The notes under the pieces are model-generated. The model had not been told where the DNA came from, did not search any database, and saw nothing but the letters and a program-made list of their open reading frames with translations. Below, one piece after another: positions 1 to 13,200 of a stretch of DNA of 64,000 nt. The position numbers were made by a program, and so were the translations under genes. The DNA lies in contig CM120640.1 of the NCBI GenBank assembly GCA_051362555.1, positions 10,912,001-10,976,000 on the forward strand. The letters are read 5' to 3'. The number at the start of each line of letters is the position of its first letter. The first letter of the stretch is position 1. The stretch comes from Lingula anatina. Lineage: Eukaryota > Animalia > Brachiopoda.

Positions 1-56
1 GTGGTTTACAGTATACTTGTACTTGAAATTTTCACCATGACCTTTTATTTTTTCAG

Positions 57-3000
57 TCATTTTGGATCACCTTAGATGAGATTTTACAGCAAGTTTTACA
101 CATTCAGCAGCAGCCTGGTACATGTAGCAGTGAAGTAGAAATGGGTATGTACATGTAGATTTCTCCTGGTGATAATGTAATTTACAAGATTTCCAAATCT
201 GGAAATGTAGGCTCATTCAATCCATTTTTGAGAATAAGTAATAAAAGTATTTTGAATGAGTGGATACACATTATATTATATGTGATTTAAAGATTGGTGA
301 ATTTGACTGCTAATGTGTGATTTAACATTTCCGTGCTGATGACATTTGTGTTCTTTAAGCTATAGTTCCATCAGTAGTGAAAACTTTTGTGTCTGTGGAA
401 GATAAATGCTGTAATTGTAATTTTGTTTTTATTTCCATCTCTTTCAGACACAGACAAGTTTTGGCTCCCACCCATCTTTCAGTGTTCTAACACTACAGAC
501 TTCTGTTGGTGGTTACTACATAACATGGCCCCACTATATGCATATACAAGTGAAGGGGAGCATGTTTCTCTGGCAAGTTCTTGCTTTCTTTTGCTTTAAA
601 AATCCATACACCTATCAGAATAGTACCCTTTATGGTGATTATGTGAATAATATTTTTTTAAAGTTGCATACTTTTTATAGTGGTAAGGTATTATTTTAAT
701 GCATGTAATCCACATGTTCTCGCTGTATATAACGGGTTGTTTTTGCACCTAGCAATTATTCTTTTAAATTTATTTTCAGACAAATCCTCTCCAAAACAAC
801 TATATGTTTTTGGTTCAGAGTTTGTTGAAACCATTAACATCTGGGGTATGTTATGGCAGTAAAACAATTTTTTCAGAATGTAAGACGACATATATTTTAG
901 ATATAACATAATAAATTTGTTTTTGATTGATTATTTGTGATATATATAATGATTCATTGAAGAGAGCTATGTTAAAGGATAACTGAGGTGTCTTATGGTT
1001 TATGCATATTGATCATAAAGATTATTAATGCAATCATTTTATATTTCTTTCTATCGAGTGTTATACAAATTTCCTTGTATAAGTATTTTAAACAATGCTT
1101 TTAGAAGTACACAATTGTTTGCAGACTGCCAGGAGAAAGCCTTATGTTCTAAACACTTCAGCCTAGCTAGTAAATGTGGTTGTTTCTCTACAACATGTAT
1201 ATTTGTATTTTGATGCTTTCACTGACTTGCCTAAGTGTCTTTGTCCACAGGAACAGCAGGTAGATGAAGCTCACCTGAGGTGTTACATGCAGACGTCCCT
1301 GTCCCTCTGCAAACTGTGGGGTCCCAATATAGATGTTCTCATCCACCTTTGGGATTATTTTTATAAAAAGCTGGTAATTTTTTCTTTTATAATCTCTTTT
1401 TTTCATCTTCTTATTTTTGTTTTCATTTGTGAAAGAATGATTTAAGTTTAACTAAATGTGGTTCTCTAGTATGTAAAAGACATATGCTATGGCTTTATGT
1501 TCTGTGATAATATATTTAGTACTTTTTGTTTTTCAGAACCATCACTTTCAGATCCAAGGCTTGGGAGTTGAAGGACTGGCAAAAATAAAGTATGCGTGTA
1601 AATGTTTTCTTTTGATTTGAAAGGGAATTCATGGAGCACAAATCATTTTTGATGAATGTAGCACCTTATGTATTAAAATGAAAAAACATACATTTCCGTC
1701 ATAAGTTATACATATTAATCAAGTGTATTTAAATTCATGTATATGTACTTAAGACAAGTGAATTACATATAGATTTACCTCTGATTCCATCAGCTGTTAT
1801 CTTATTTACTATGAATCAAAGTTATAGATATGGTTTTATTCTGTTGCAGCAAGTCTGCAGTCTCCTGGTTGGAGAAGTGTAAGAACCTTACTAAACCTGA
1901 CTCCAGGTGAGATAACATCTATTACATATACCAGGAGCCAAATTTTGTACTCAACCTGTTTAACATGAAACCCATATGACTTGAAGAACATTGCATTTAA
2001 AGTTTTTGAATCAGTCTTGGTATACATGTAAAGAGTGATATAAATGACTACTTTTTTCTTTCAGGGTGGATCATATGAATAGTTTCCAACTGTTTCTCAA
2101 GCACCTGTCATCCAGTCTTGGTGAACAAGGCAAAAATATCATCTGGAAACAGCTGAAAGGAAGGTAAACAAACGACTAAAAAAAGGAAATACCCTTTTTG
2201 TTTGTTTATAAATATGGCAAATGTGCTTGATATCAAAATTTAGTTTGAAATCATTTCAGTTGTGAAAAATTAAAACTTCTGTGACAGTAATATCACTTTG
2301 CTAAAGTGTAAAATGGAAACTTGCTATTTCCAGTCATGTTTCCATTTCTAAAATAATTAGATAAGAAGGACCCACTTTTTCCACTTCTTATTTTAAAACA
2401 TTCTTCAATCTGTAGGTTTTACTCAAAATTCCACCCCAGAAGAATGCAAGAGCTGACAGAGATAGGTCTCCATAACTTCACTGAGCTGTTTATTACTCTG
2501 GCCCTGATTGGAGATCTAGAAGATGTGGTTTGTAATACATGCTCTGTGTCAGTTTATATTGTGAAATGTGATAAAATATGAAAAATGTTTAATATAATCA
2601 AGATAGAATGACTGCTATCTTTAGGTCATTATCAAAAGAGAGAATTTTTAATAGAAAATTTCATTCGATTACTTTTGATACAGGCTGAACATAGTAGTAA
2701 TATAGATACTTTCTTGAATTTGTGTATGTGAAGCAATATCACTGTGTTTATTATCCTGGCGGCATTGACAAAAGTTGCATGTTTCATTCTCCAGGCAGGA
2801 AAAATGGCTGATTTTTATGCCATGCTGCAGATGGACAATGTCCACCATGGTCACAGGGCAGTGGTGTGGAGGGGCATGTTTGTGCTCATGCTGACCTATG
2901 AGGAGAAGGGAGTGGACATCAGTTTTCTGGCAGAGAAGATGGCCCAGGAATTTAATGCACTCTGCTGGTACCTGCAATGTTTTCGTTGTCTCTCAAATAA

Positions 3001-6000
3001 TTATAGTGCATATTCATGTACTTGAATCATCAATTCTTCTAGTTAGAAAACAAAGAAAAAGCTTATTTATTTTTATAATACTTTGACTTCTTATAAAAAT
3101 AATTGAGATCAACACAATTTTTTAAAAAAAATCATCATTTACCCTCTTCTTAGTTCAATGTTAAAGGTATCTTTCCTTGCATGTTTACACAAGCATTTGT
3201 AAAGATTATGAAATTTTTCTGGTACTATTCTCCTGTTCCAGGGAATTTTCAAATGACACTCTAGAATCCTCAAGAAGATTTCAACTGTGGTCTTTTATCA
3301 GCATGTACCTAGATTGTGTCCAAGATGTCTTTGAGGCTAGCGACCAGCTGAAGCTATCAGAATACAAGCTATTAGGTCGAGGCCTGGGACAGATCCTTTC
3401 AGCAGTCAGAGAAAATGAGCTCAGGATTGTGTTGAATTTTTTGCAGTTGGTTTTGGCTAGACATAGGCAAGCATCTTGTACTACGTTCTTTTGAATAGAT
3501 ATTTGAAATGATTTAAGATAAAAGTACCATGTTTTAATAATGAGGCAGTTTAGTCACCAAAAGGCAAAAACAGTCTTTCAGATTTCAGAAAAAAAATAGC
3601 ACAGGCTTGTGTTGCAACATGTTCACAAGAAAATGCTGTCTGATCGATATTAAGGAATTGATGAAAACTTTGAATTTGCTTTCTTAGAATTATTTACAAG
3701 AGAGTTTCTCAACAACTTTCTGATCAACACCAAGTTACCCAACAGTTCAGAGGTATGTGTTTGCAATCTTTTTCGTTGATTTTTAGAGAGGGACAACTTT
3801 AAAACTTAATTTGGAGAAAAACTTAGGAAAGCACACCAGAAGTACTGTATATAAAGTAACAAATATTAAAACTTTTTTTGTTGTAATTGAACTATTTCAA
3901 TTACATCCATTGGCTCAAGTTTCTACCTTCCCAAAACTTAATCAGTTCATTTTTCATTCCCTTTAGAAGTGGCTGATGCATTGTGGGTGACAGCTTACCA
4001 ATTTGTTCAGACTCACAGCTGTACATTGACACCCCCACCTCAACTAGCAGATGTAGCTGCCAGCTTCACAATGCTGACACTCAACTTGTGCGTACAAATC
4101 TTGGACATTTTCATTTTAATTTTTTATTCCCATTTTACTGATCAAGACTGGGTGCGATTACTTATATGTATTTTAAACTAACATTAATTTCATGTCTCTT
4201 TGTATTTTGAAAATCATTTACAATCAAAGTATGTTATAAAAGTAATAGCAGTATTTTCCATGGTGGCAGACCTCCTGGGCCCAGCACAGGAATAAAAGAA
4301 GATTTTCTCTCCTCCTTCCAGTATTTTGGTTGTAATGCAGCTGTTAGTGCAAGGTATTGTGGTTATATCATTTAAAAGAGACAGGAAAAAAAACACATGA
4401 GAAATAAATGAGCCCCTAATACCAACTAACCACCTACCAACTGGTCATTTCTTTGTTCAGAATACTCATGTTTTTTTGTTATTTCGTGAAATTTTGTTTT
4501 TGCTTTCTAAGTGTCTTAAAATGTAAATTTTATTGTTTTATTGTATGTTTAAATACAACCCTACAAATCAAGTAGCTATTTGGTTCTTTTTGGGATCTAG
4601 TGTCAGTTGTCGGTACCTGAACCATATGCTACCAAACCAGCTAGTAATTGAACGGCTCTCCTCTGATCTCAAGAACTATCAGCCTCTGGTGGTCCAAGCT
4701 TGGTTCAAGTGTGCATTATACCTGTTCAAAGACAATGATCAAATGCAGGAGCTATCCAGGTATGGAGTCTTTCGATCATTGCTCAGTGGCATGAATTTAT
4801 TTTTCATTGTCAGTGCAAAACCTTTTTTTTCTAATTAATAACTTACCAAACATCAGTTTCATTTCTATTTATTTCCATGAATTGTTTTTGCAGCCTTATA
4901 TCTTCAAGTCAAACTCACTGCTAAAATGAGAACACCTGTTAAAGTCATTTCTGTTTCAGGTTAATCTTAAAGCTTCCAGAAGTGGGTGAGTTATTTGAGC
5001 ATGTCGAGATGGAAGCATCTGACAGTTACAGCACTGTTGTGGTTCAGTTTGTTGTAGCACTAGGACAGTCTTACCACAAAACTGAGGTATGTGTAGTTCT
5101 CCTTTAGTTCACTGTAGCACTTGCTTGTCTTTGTGACTATTCATAAAAGGGGTATATGTAGCGCTCAAGTTTTGTACTGAGAATTTTTTCATTGAGAGGC
5201 ATCCAAGTGCTTTAAAACCATGTATCTCAGAAATCATCAAATATTGGTAATCTGTACGTAACACATCCATGCTTTGCTACATGTTCTAGGGTCTGATGAA
5301 CAAAATCAAATTCAGAGAGCATGCTACCGAGTACTTTGGTGACATCACCAGACATATTGGTATCATCCTGAAGAATGCAGGACCACCAGAAGCCCTGAAA
5401 GCAGTCTATGTCATTGGTGGCTACATGGTGAAACACTGCGCACAATTTCTCTATGTGAAGGTAGGCACTGGCAGTAAAAATAACGGTACTGAGCTTCACT
5501 TTGTTGACACTTGATAATAAGAAGTAGGTGCCATATTATAACTTTTAGTCAAATCACCTGTGATGGGGATATTGGGGAATTATAGGGAAATTTCCTTTTT
5601 ATTCTCATTGGTCATAATAATTTTCATTTATAGGAATTAGTTTGTTTCTCCTTTAGGCTGATTTTTTTCTTTTCATGTGAAAGTTGTTGGGTTTTCTATT
5701 AAATTAGCAAAAAAGTGAGAATTTCAGGAGAGGGCAGGGTTTTTTTTTTATATTTACAATTTACTTTTGTATTTTCCCTGTGTTAAATATGCTAATGGTA
5801 TGGTACAATTGTATACTGTGTTATTGTAACTTAGAAATTAGATGTTGAAAAAAGACATTTGAGGTCACTTGCTTTTCTATTTCAGTCTAAGCCAGACTGT
5901 CTGTTGCCAAGTTTGTTAGATAGCCTGGTATTGCCCCATGTTTTATTCAGTGCAAGTAAAACTTTGAATCCTTCCATATTGCAAGCAATTAAGGACCATT

Positions 6001-6123
6001 TGCATTTGGTAAGTTTCTTTTATTGGTAAAATGTTTTCTATGTTTCATGCAGTATTTGTAGTGTTGAGCAATTATTGACTCACATAGTTGTTTCAGTTAC
6101 TTAAACAATTCCATCCTTATTAA

Positions 6124-6205
<82 letters not shown>

Positions 6206-9200
6206 GTTTTGGACAAAAGAGGAAGGGCTGTAAGAACTTTTTCAATAACCTGGAATGTGTTGGGTGTGATATATGTTTTTATTTGTACATACCTTTAATC
6301 TTTTCTGTTCCTTTACATTTTTTTCCACAGTTTGTGCAAGGTCTAGGTAAGCTAGATGTACGTAGAGATCAGTACATCCAGAGACAGCTCAGGACAATTT
6401 TCTTGCAGTATCTTCATAGGTTTCCTTTGGTAAGACTTTTTAAAATATGTTAATGCAGAGTTTAGTCAAATGATGCTAATGTGTAATATATATAAATTCA
6501 AATGATATAATCAGATACTGTTTTTCTTATTTTCTTATTAATTTACATATTTTTAACCTTTATCTGCAGCTCAATCCTGCAAATGTATTTTCCTTTTCAG
6601 AAGCAATCATCGGGTTCCACAGTTACTGTGGTGCATCCTTTGGTTGTAAGTACTTAGTGCTAGTTGAATTAATGTTGTTGTTTGTAAATGCAGGTTACAA
6701 TATTTTCTTAAACTTCTTAGTATTCTAACAAGTACAAAATATGATATCTTAAATAAATGTGTTTTATTTAACCTTTGATTTTATCATCATAGTGTTTTAT
6801 TAAGTAAAGAATATGAATAATGTAACACTTCTAAAATTTTAGGTGTTTTAAATTTGGTATATATTGTAAGATCTCATTCCCCCGTTTTATAATTTTTAGA
6901 AGTTAACTTTTGAAGCATTCTTCAAAATTAAATTTAAATATGGATACAGAAATGTATCATTCTTACTAGTACCATATGTTTCAATTTTTCAGAACTCTTT
7001 AAGTGAATCTTTCAAAGCATCCAGTGACACTTCCCTGCAGCTGAGGCAATATGTGTTTGAAGTGATAAGAGACAACTACTTGACACTGAAGGGAAACACA
7101 CCACCTACACATGCAGGAATGGTAAGTTCCTGGAGGCAGGAAAGATATAAGAATGATTATGTAAAAAGGAAGACAAAGAAGGTTGTATTTTGGGGCTGTA
7201 GATCATCGTACAGAACCATAAATATGTGAATGGAAAAAGAAAGGTGAAAGAGGGGTGAGGCTCTACATATAGATCATGGTACAGTATATGACATTCAGAA
7301 ATTTGTAAATTATCCACTAAGTTTGAAATGTATTTTTCCTTTTAGGGTTTCACATACATAGCTGAAGTTTTTCAAAAAACCACAAACCAAGCTATTCTGG
7401 CAAGGTGAGTTTTTGCAAGTTAATTAGCATAATTACATACCTTTTCTTATTTATACATATGACCTGGTGCACAAAGTAAGTTTTATAGCTCTATTTAAAG
7501 TTTTGGGTAAGATACTGTGATAGGTTCTCTAACATGAAGCAGTGATGAGGAAGGCCATGAACTAAAATAGCTGTCATGTTGGGTTGCATGAGCGTAAAAA
7601 CTAAGATAATTTTAAGCTTTTTTTGTATCAGAAACAAATTTTTCTTTGGGTCCAACAGATGTGCCTTTTACTGCTTGTATACTGAACAAAAATATAAACG
7701 CACGAAAGAATATGTAGATTTATTTTCAGATATGGATCTAGAGTATATAGCCAAAAATAACAGCATATTTTTCTCAACAAATAGACATCACTTTGAGAGC
7801 ATTAGGGGAAGTTTAAATGCATAGTCCAAGAGTTAGGGCATCAAATACACCATGGGGGGTCAACATCCTGAGTTCACAGACACCATTAAATTTGTGCAGA
7901 GCAGTACACCGGCGGCGCATGGACATCACTAAGTTGTCAATAGAGGCCTAAGGGATATTATCCCATTCCTCCTGGAGTGCTTCTTGCAGTTGTCGAACAT
8001 TTTCGAGAGCTGGAACATGATGGCTGAAAACTCTGATCCAGAACATTCCACAGGTGTTTGTTGGGCGACATGGTGCATGAGGGTGGTTCCTAATGCTACC
8101 AGTGTCTCTGAAGCGTGTTCCCAGATGGCTGACAGTGGAATGATGCACATTCAGGCATGCTGCAACTTCTGTTACTGACAAGCCAGCATTGAGCATGCTG
8201 ATGGCATGCTCCCTCATGATTTCAGACATCTGTGGCATGTTGACAAGTGGCAGAAATACACATTTTGGTGTGTCCTTTTATTGCCTAGACGGTAGAGAGT
8301 GTCCGAGTATTGGTCTTGCAGATTGACCTCTACTCCGTCATGCTCCATTAGTCTTATGGGTGTAAAAACTGCACCTTTGAGTAAACTCACGGGGAGCGGC
8401 CAAGTGAAACCAGACCACTATAATTGATCAAAACAAATCCATCAGTTCACAAATAAACCATCAACCTGGGCATATTTCATGATTATCCATTTCAACTGAC
8501 CATTTTAGTTTCGTGCGTTTATATTTTTGTTCAGTATATATATGGTTTAGAATCTGTGACAGACTAAGGCATGCCAGTTACGTTGGTAAATCTCTGCTTT
8601 CAACCATATTCTACTGCTTGATACTTTTCAGTGACATAGGGGTGTTGTTACAGACAATGTTGGAATACCAATTGATGTGTGAAGTTCCAGCAATAAGACA
8701 GCAGTCCATATATTTAACTCAGGCCATGCTTGAAGCCTGCAAAAAATGCGAAAAGCAAGAATCAAGGTGAGAATAGTGCCTGCATTCTTAACGTACTGCA
8801 TTGAGATCGTATCTATATACCTATATCATAGGAAAAGTCATTTTTCAGTGGTTGAATGTTTTGTGGAAAAATAAAGTGTAGCAGTTAAAAAGCATGATTG
8901 GATGCTAATAATAAAGAAATTTTCTTGCAAATTGTAATAGCACAGGGAATTTATTGAACAGTTATAATTTAAGTGATTAATTTTCCACTTACTTTTTTTG
9001 CCAGGTTTTCTGTGACAGAAATCCTCAGAAATTTTATTTCCAAAAATATCAAGGTGTACCAACTTCGGCTTTTAAAAGTTGTGGATATGGTGTCAGTATT
9101 ATATCCAGATGTTGTACTGGACCTGGTTCCTCAGCTTACCCAGTCTCTTTATGACATTGAGGCCAAAAGAGGAGTAGGGGCTGACACAGTTCTCAGGTGC

Positions 9201-10214
9201 AGTAACATTATCATTTAAGCAAGCATACATTTTTTATCTTTAATAAGGTTTGTATGAAAACATTGTTTATGATACAACTTAAGCATTTCTTAAGAATGAA
9301 CTCTAAGCATTGCAAAATGTAGAAATTAAAACTTACATCTTTATTTTTACATTGTTACCCATCCACAATTCCCGACAATGATCAAGGCAATGTTATTCAA
9401 AACTCAGCTGCAAGACTGGTTTGTCAAATTAAATGCAATAGTACACACCATATCACTCCCATTCTGAAAGAATTACACTGGCTGCCTGTGAAGCAGAGGA
9501 TTGATTTTAAAGTACTTTGTATTATTTTTAAGGCGATCCATTCACAAGGACCATTATATTTATCTGATCTTATCTGTTTTAACTTACCACGGCGGTCCAC
9601 ATGTTTTAATACAGAGAATGATTTTATTTTAGAACATTCTGTTTTAGAGAAGGGGTGCCTCAAAAGTTATAGAGATCGTGCTTTTATAATTTACGCCCCA
9701 AAAGTGTGGAAAAGTGTGCCCTACCAAATTTTATTAGAAAAACAGAAGACTTTGACTATTTTAAATCTCTTTTAAAGACCCACATTTTTAATTCTGTCTA
9801 TATCTCTTAGATTTTTTTAAAATATATATATGTATTTTATTAAGATTGATTTTTAGTAGTGTAAATTTTAAATGGTTTCCAATGAGAGTTTATGATTAAA
9901 ATATTGTAGTCATTTTAATGATTTTAGTATATTAGCCATTATTGTAAGGCGCCTTGAGATAGAATGTAAGGCGCCATATAAGAATCTTATTATTATTATT
10001 ATTATTATTATTTGCTGGAATCTGGTAGCCCAATTGTGTGTTTCCTGCCTGCCAGCCTATCTGTTGACCCCTCTGCATTTTGGTGTAAAGGAATTCTTCT
10101 TTTTATGATTCTACAAGTATACCTCTATTTTTTTCCAGGCAATCCTACATGAACATTTTGAGAAATCTTGGAGACAGAGGAGAGGAAGAGATTTTACAGA
10201 TACAGAATTCCTGA
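57..10214 (+). CDS. MMS22L: MMS22-like DNA repair protein, 3' part (24 exons in window; 5' end lies upstream)
   Basis: Exons joined by hand in consistent phase (approx.): 57-144, 448-572, 780-845, 1251-1373, 1537-1589, 1850-1907, 2065-2163, 2416-2527, 2795-2967, 3242-3466, 3688-3752, 3967-4087, 4270-4353, 4601-4759, 4960-5086, 5290-5460, 5886-6008, 6331-6429, 6601-6645, 6993-7121, 7346-7404, 8633-8767, 9006-9196, 10139-10214 (TGA). The peptides WKQLKGRFYSKFHPRRMQELTEIGLHNFTELF, LWDYFYKKL, PPPQLADVAASFT and EAKRGVGADTVLRQSY match recalled MMS22L motifs. AATAAA near 10988. Confidence 0.93.
6129..6201. repeat. (AT)n microsatellite in an MMS22L intron
   Basis: Uninterrupted AT run of about 70 bp. 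Confidence 0.95.
7680..8536 (-). mobile_element. Internally deleted Tc1/mariner transposon in an MMS22L intron
   Basis: Perfect ~28-bp TIRs (TACTGAACAAAAATATAAACGCACGAAA / TTTCGTGCGTTTATATTTTTGTTCAGTA) flanked by TA. Minus ORF 7948-8238 joins a Tc1 N-terminal HTH (REHAISMLNAGLSVTEVAACLNVHHSTVSHL) directly to the C-terminus (QLQEALQEEWDNIP*ASIDNLVMSMRRRC). The DDE core is missing. Confidence 0.9.
9388..10011 (+). mobile_element. 3' fragment of an L2/CR1-clade LINE in the last MMS22L intron
   Basis: Decayed ORF2 C-terminus (IQNSAARLV...HITPILKELHWLPVKQRIDFKV...DRAF..YAPKVW), followed by a 3' UTR ending in an (ATT)n tail at about 9987-10011. Confidence 0.85.
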
Positions 10215-13200
10215 CAATACAAAATGCATCATACAAATGGTGCTTAACATGAAGTGTGTGAACTGGCAGGTGTTAAGTGATTCTTATCTGATTCCAGTAA
10301 TAACTCTCCCACTTACTTAAACTCTCCACTTAGTTACTTAAAACTATTATTTATCAACTTAAAAACATCCTGTTTTGATGGCAGCTTCATAAGGAAATAG
10401 GAATCCCATAAACAACAAATATCATATTTCAAAAGACCACACTTATAAACACCCACCACGCTACTTAACCTGTTTCTTGTTAAATACAAAATGCTACATT
10501 ATGATCTCACTAAATCTCATAGATGTGTAAGGATTTATATCAAATATATGATACTAGTAATAACTAACTTTGATAGTTATTTGCCATATTGAATTATTTG
10601 CTTGTACTTGAATTAGAAGTACTAGTAGCATAGACATCCAACATTAACATTGAAAGCTGGATGAGTTATTTTTTTACTTGAGGACTCTGATAGGAAGATT
10701 ACAACTATTTAATCATTTTCATTTTAAGCCTTAGATAATTTTATTAGCATACTAAAATTTATTTATCAACTCGAAAATATGCCACTGATTGCAACTGTAA
10801 AAGGAAATGGAAATCCAGTTTTGAACTTGGTTAGGAAGAATTACAGCAATCGAAATATTACTGTTAAGCCTTAGATGTTTTTTCATTAGCCTCCAAATCA
10901 ATTTAATCACGTTAAAAGGAGATTAGTGAAGCTCTTCCCTTTCCTGCACCTTTAAGGTCATCCACCTACACTTCCTTGTACATACGAAATAAAATACAAG
11001 TTTATGAAATTAAAATAGCATTATTATATAATTATACAAAATCTATAAGATTTAAGTATCTTAATAGGAAAATTATTTCTTTCTTATTGTTTTAAGAAGG
11101 TATGATATGTAACGAGGACTTTATTTTCTATGCTCTAAAAGAGAGCAAGTAACGCGTGTTCTGGCAAAACATTATACCTATATTTTGAAAATAGAATTTA
11201 CTCTTCTTCAGTTTGCATCTTGTTGCACAATAATGCCACTGCCTACGCTGAAATGTACTTTTAGGAGAAATTCATGGGGATTTATAAAACTGCTTACCCA
11301 GTTTCAACCAAATGAAAAACGGGTCTAAAAAACATTACTGGATTGATTGCTTCAAAATTGTTGATCATGCCTGGATAATGTCCCATTTTCATTATTGCCT
11401 GGCAAAAGCCCTTCAACGACCTCTTCAATGTAAGTGTGATCAGCTGTGCTAGTGTAGTGTCGAGAGATGTGCTATGAAAGGACGACCATAATGACCGACT
11501 AAGCGAGCTTCCCTATGTCACAAAATATTACATGTATATAGGGGTAAATGCATGGCTTCTGCTTGAGTTTTATCAGCCGTGCTGATGAAGATCTAAAGAT
11601 GTGCTGAGAGCAGATGACGTAAATGGCAAATTACGGTGTGCTTATTATGTATTTTTTGTGGGAAATGGCTTTACTTGAAGCGTTGAGGTTCTTTACACAT
11701 TCTTTCTATTATATCTCTGGTTTATCATATTATCTAGTAGAGGCCCTCTGTGTGACGATGTCATTTCGTAGCCAAAATTCATGCTGGACAAAAAGTGCAC
11801 AGAATTAGCCAGAAAAATATCTGTGAATATATAGTGAAATTGTTTTGAATAGTTATTTAATCTATAGTATCAACCGCGATTTCTTCGAATCCGCAAATAA
11901 AAATATTGGCATTTGTCAGAAATAGAGCCAAATAATGACTGTCATGTTTTTCGGATATTGCTGTCTTTTGTTGCAATAATAAACGCTGCCACGCTGTACA
12001 GCATAGATTGGATGTTGGTTTATATTGGATGAGCTAGACATGAGTATAAGAACTCGTCGTGCTTAGCAACATGCGAGATTACTTCACATCTATATAGCGT
12101 TCAGCTAACACTGTGGTCTCCTGTGCTACTGTATAAACACTATTTGTGTGGACTCGCTAATAGAAATGTTATTGTGTCGTGGAAATTGCCCCATGTTGAC
12201 ATTAATAATTTAGGTTGAGGGAACCGTGATGTTTTTCTTTTACAGTTGAATATGAAAATGGAATACCATCAATGTTTTTTAATCTGATATAATCGGTTGT
12301 TTTGCCTAAAGATACCGATACACAAAGTAAAATCCAAATAGTACAAACGTTAAGACCCGGTTGTCTACAAACGCACCCATGCCACTCTGCTCCCACCTAA
12401 AAACAGACCTGATTGAATTGCGAGAACGAACTAGTGGACACATGTACCTGTACGGCCACGAGTTTGCGTTAATCTACTTAAGTTAACAAAATCAAATTCA
12501 ACGTGCTCAATTCAATTTGTTGTTCCTGTGCCTAGAATGCTAGAGTGGTATTTCCGCAAGTCATTTTATATGCTCTTTTTTTAAAATAGGAATATAGTAC
12601 TCAATAGGCCCTTAAGTTTTAATTCCATTACAGTCGATTATGTAGGCCTACCGTTTACATATAACCACCATTCTTAATAGTTTACTAATAAAACTTACTT
12701 ACCCCATCGTTATGGAAATATATAATGAAAATATGGCTGTTGTTGTTGTGAACCTGGGTCATTGTAAAAATTGACATTTTTAGCTTTCAAAATTATTCAG
12801 GGAAATATATACCAATACTGAATCAGGTCTGATTTGTGTTATTTTGTCAACGACGAACTAAGCGCATAAGCAGACCAACCCCGCACAGAAACCCATATTG
12901 GCCCCACTGGACCCTTTGTGGAAATCGAGTCTTAATCTTTTTGGAGGCCCGGTTGGGTATGCCGTCTGATCAGGGACCCAATATTAGAATGATTTTTAAA
13001 AGCCCGTATTAATGCGCCGATTGGTGTTATATCTGGGGATTTGTGCCAGCGATGGAGAGGGGAAACGTAACCCTATTTATGTCTCCTCCATCCCAGTGTA
13101 CCACAAACTTTCATTCACAACAAGAAAGAAGTAAAGGGACCAAGAATATTGGTTGTTCGAGATTTGGCCAAACGAGGCCGCTTTTATTATATAACCCCAC

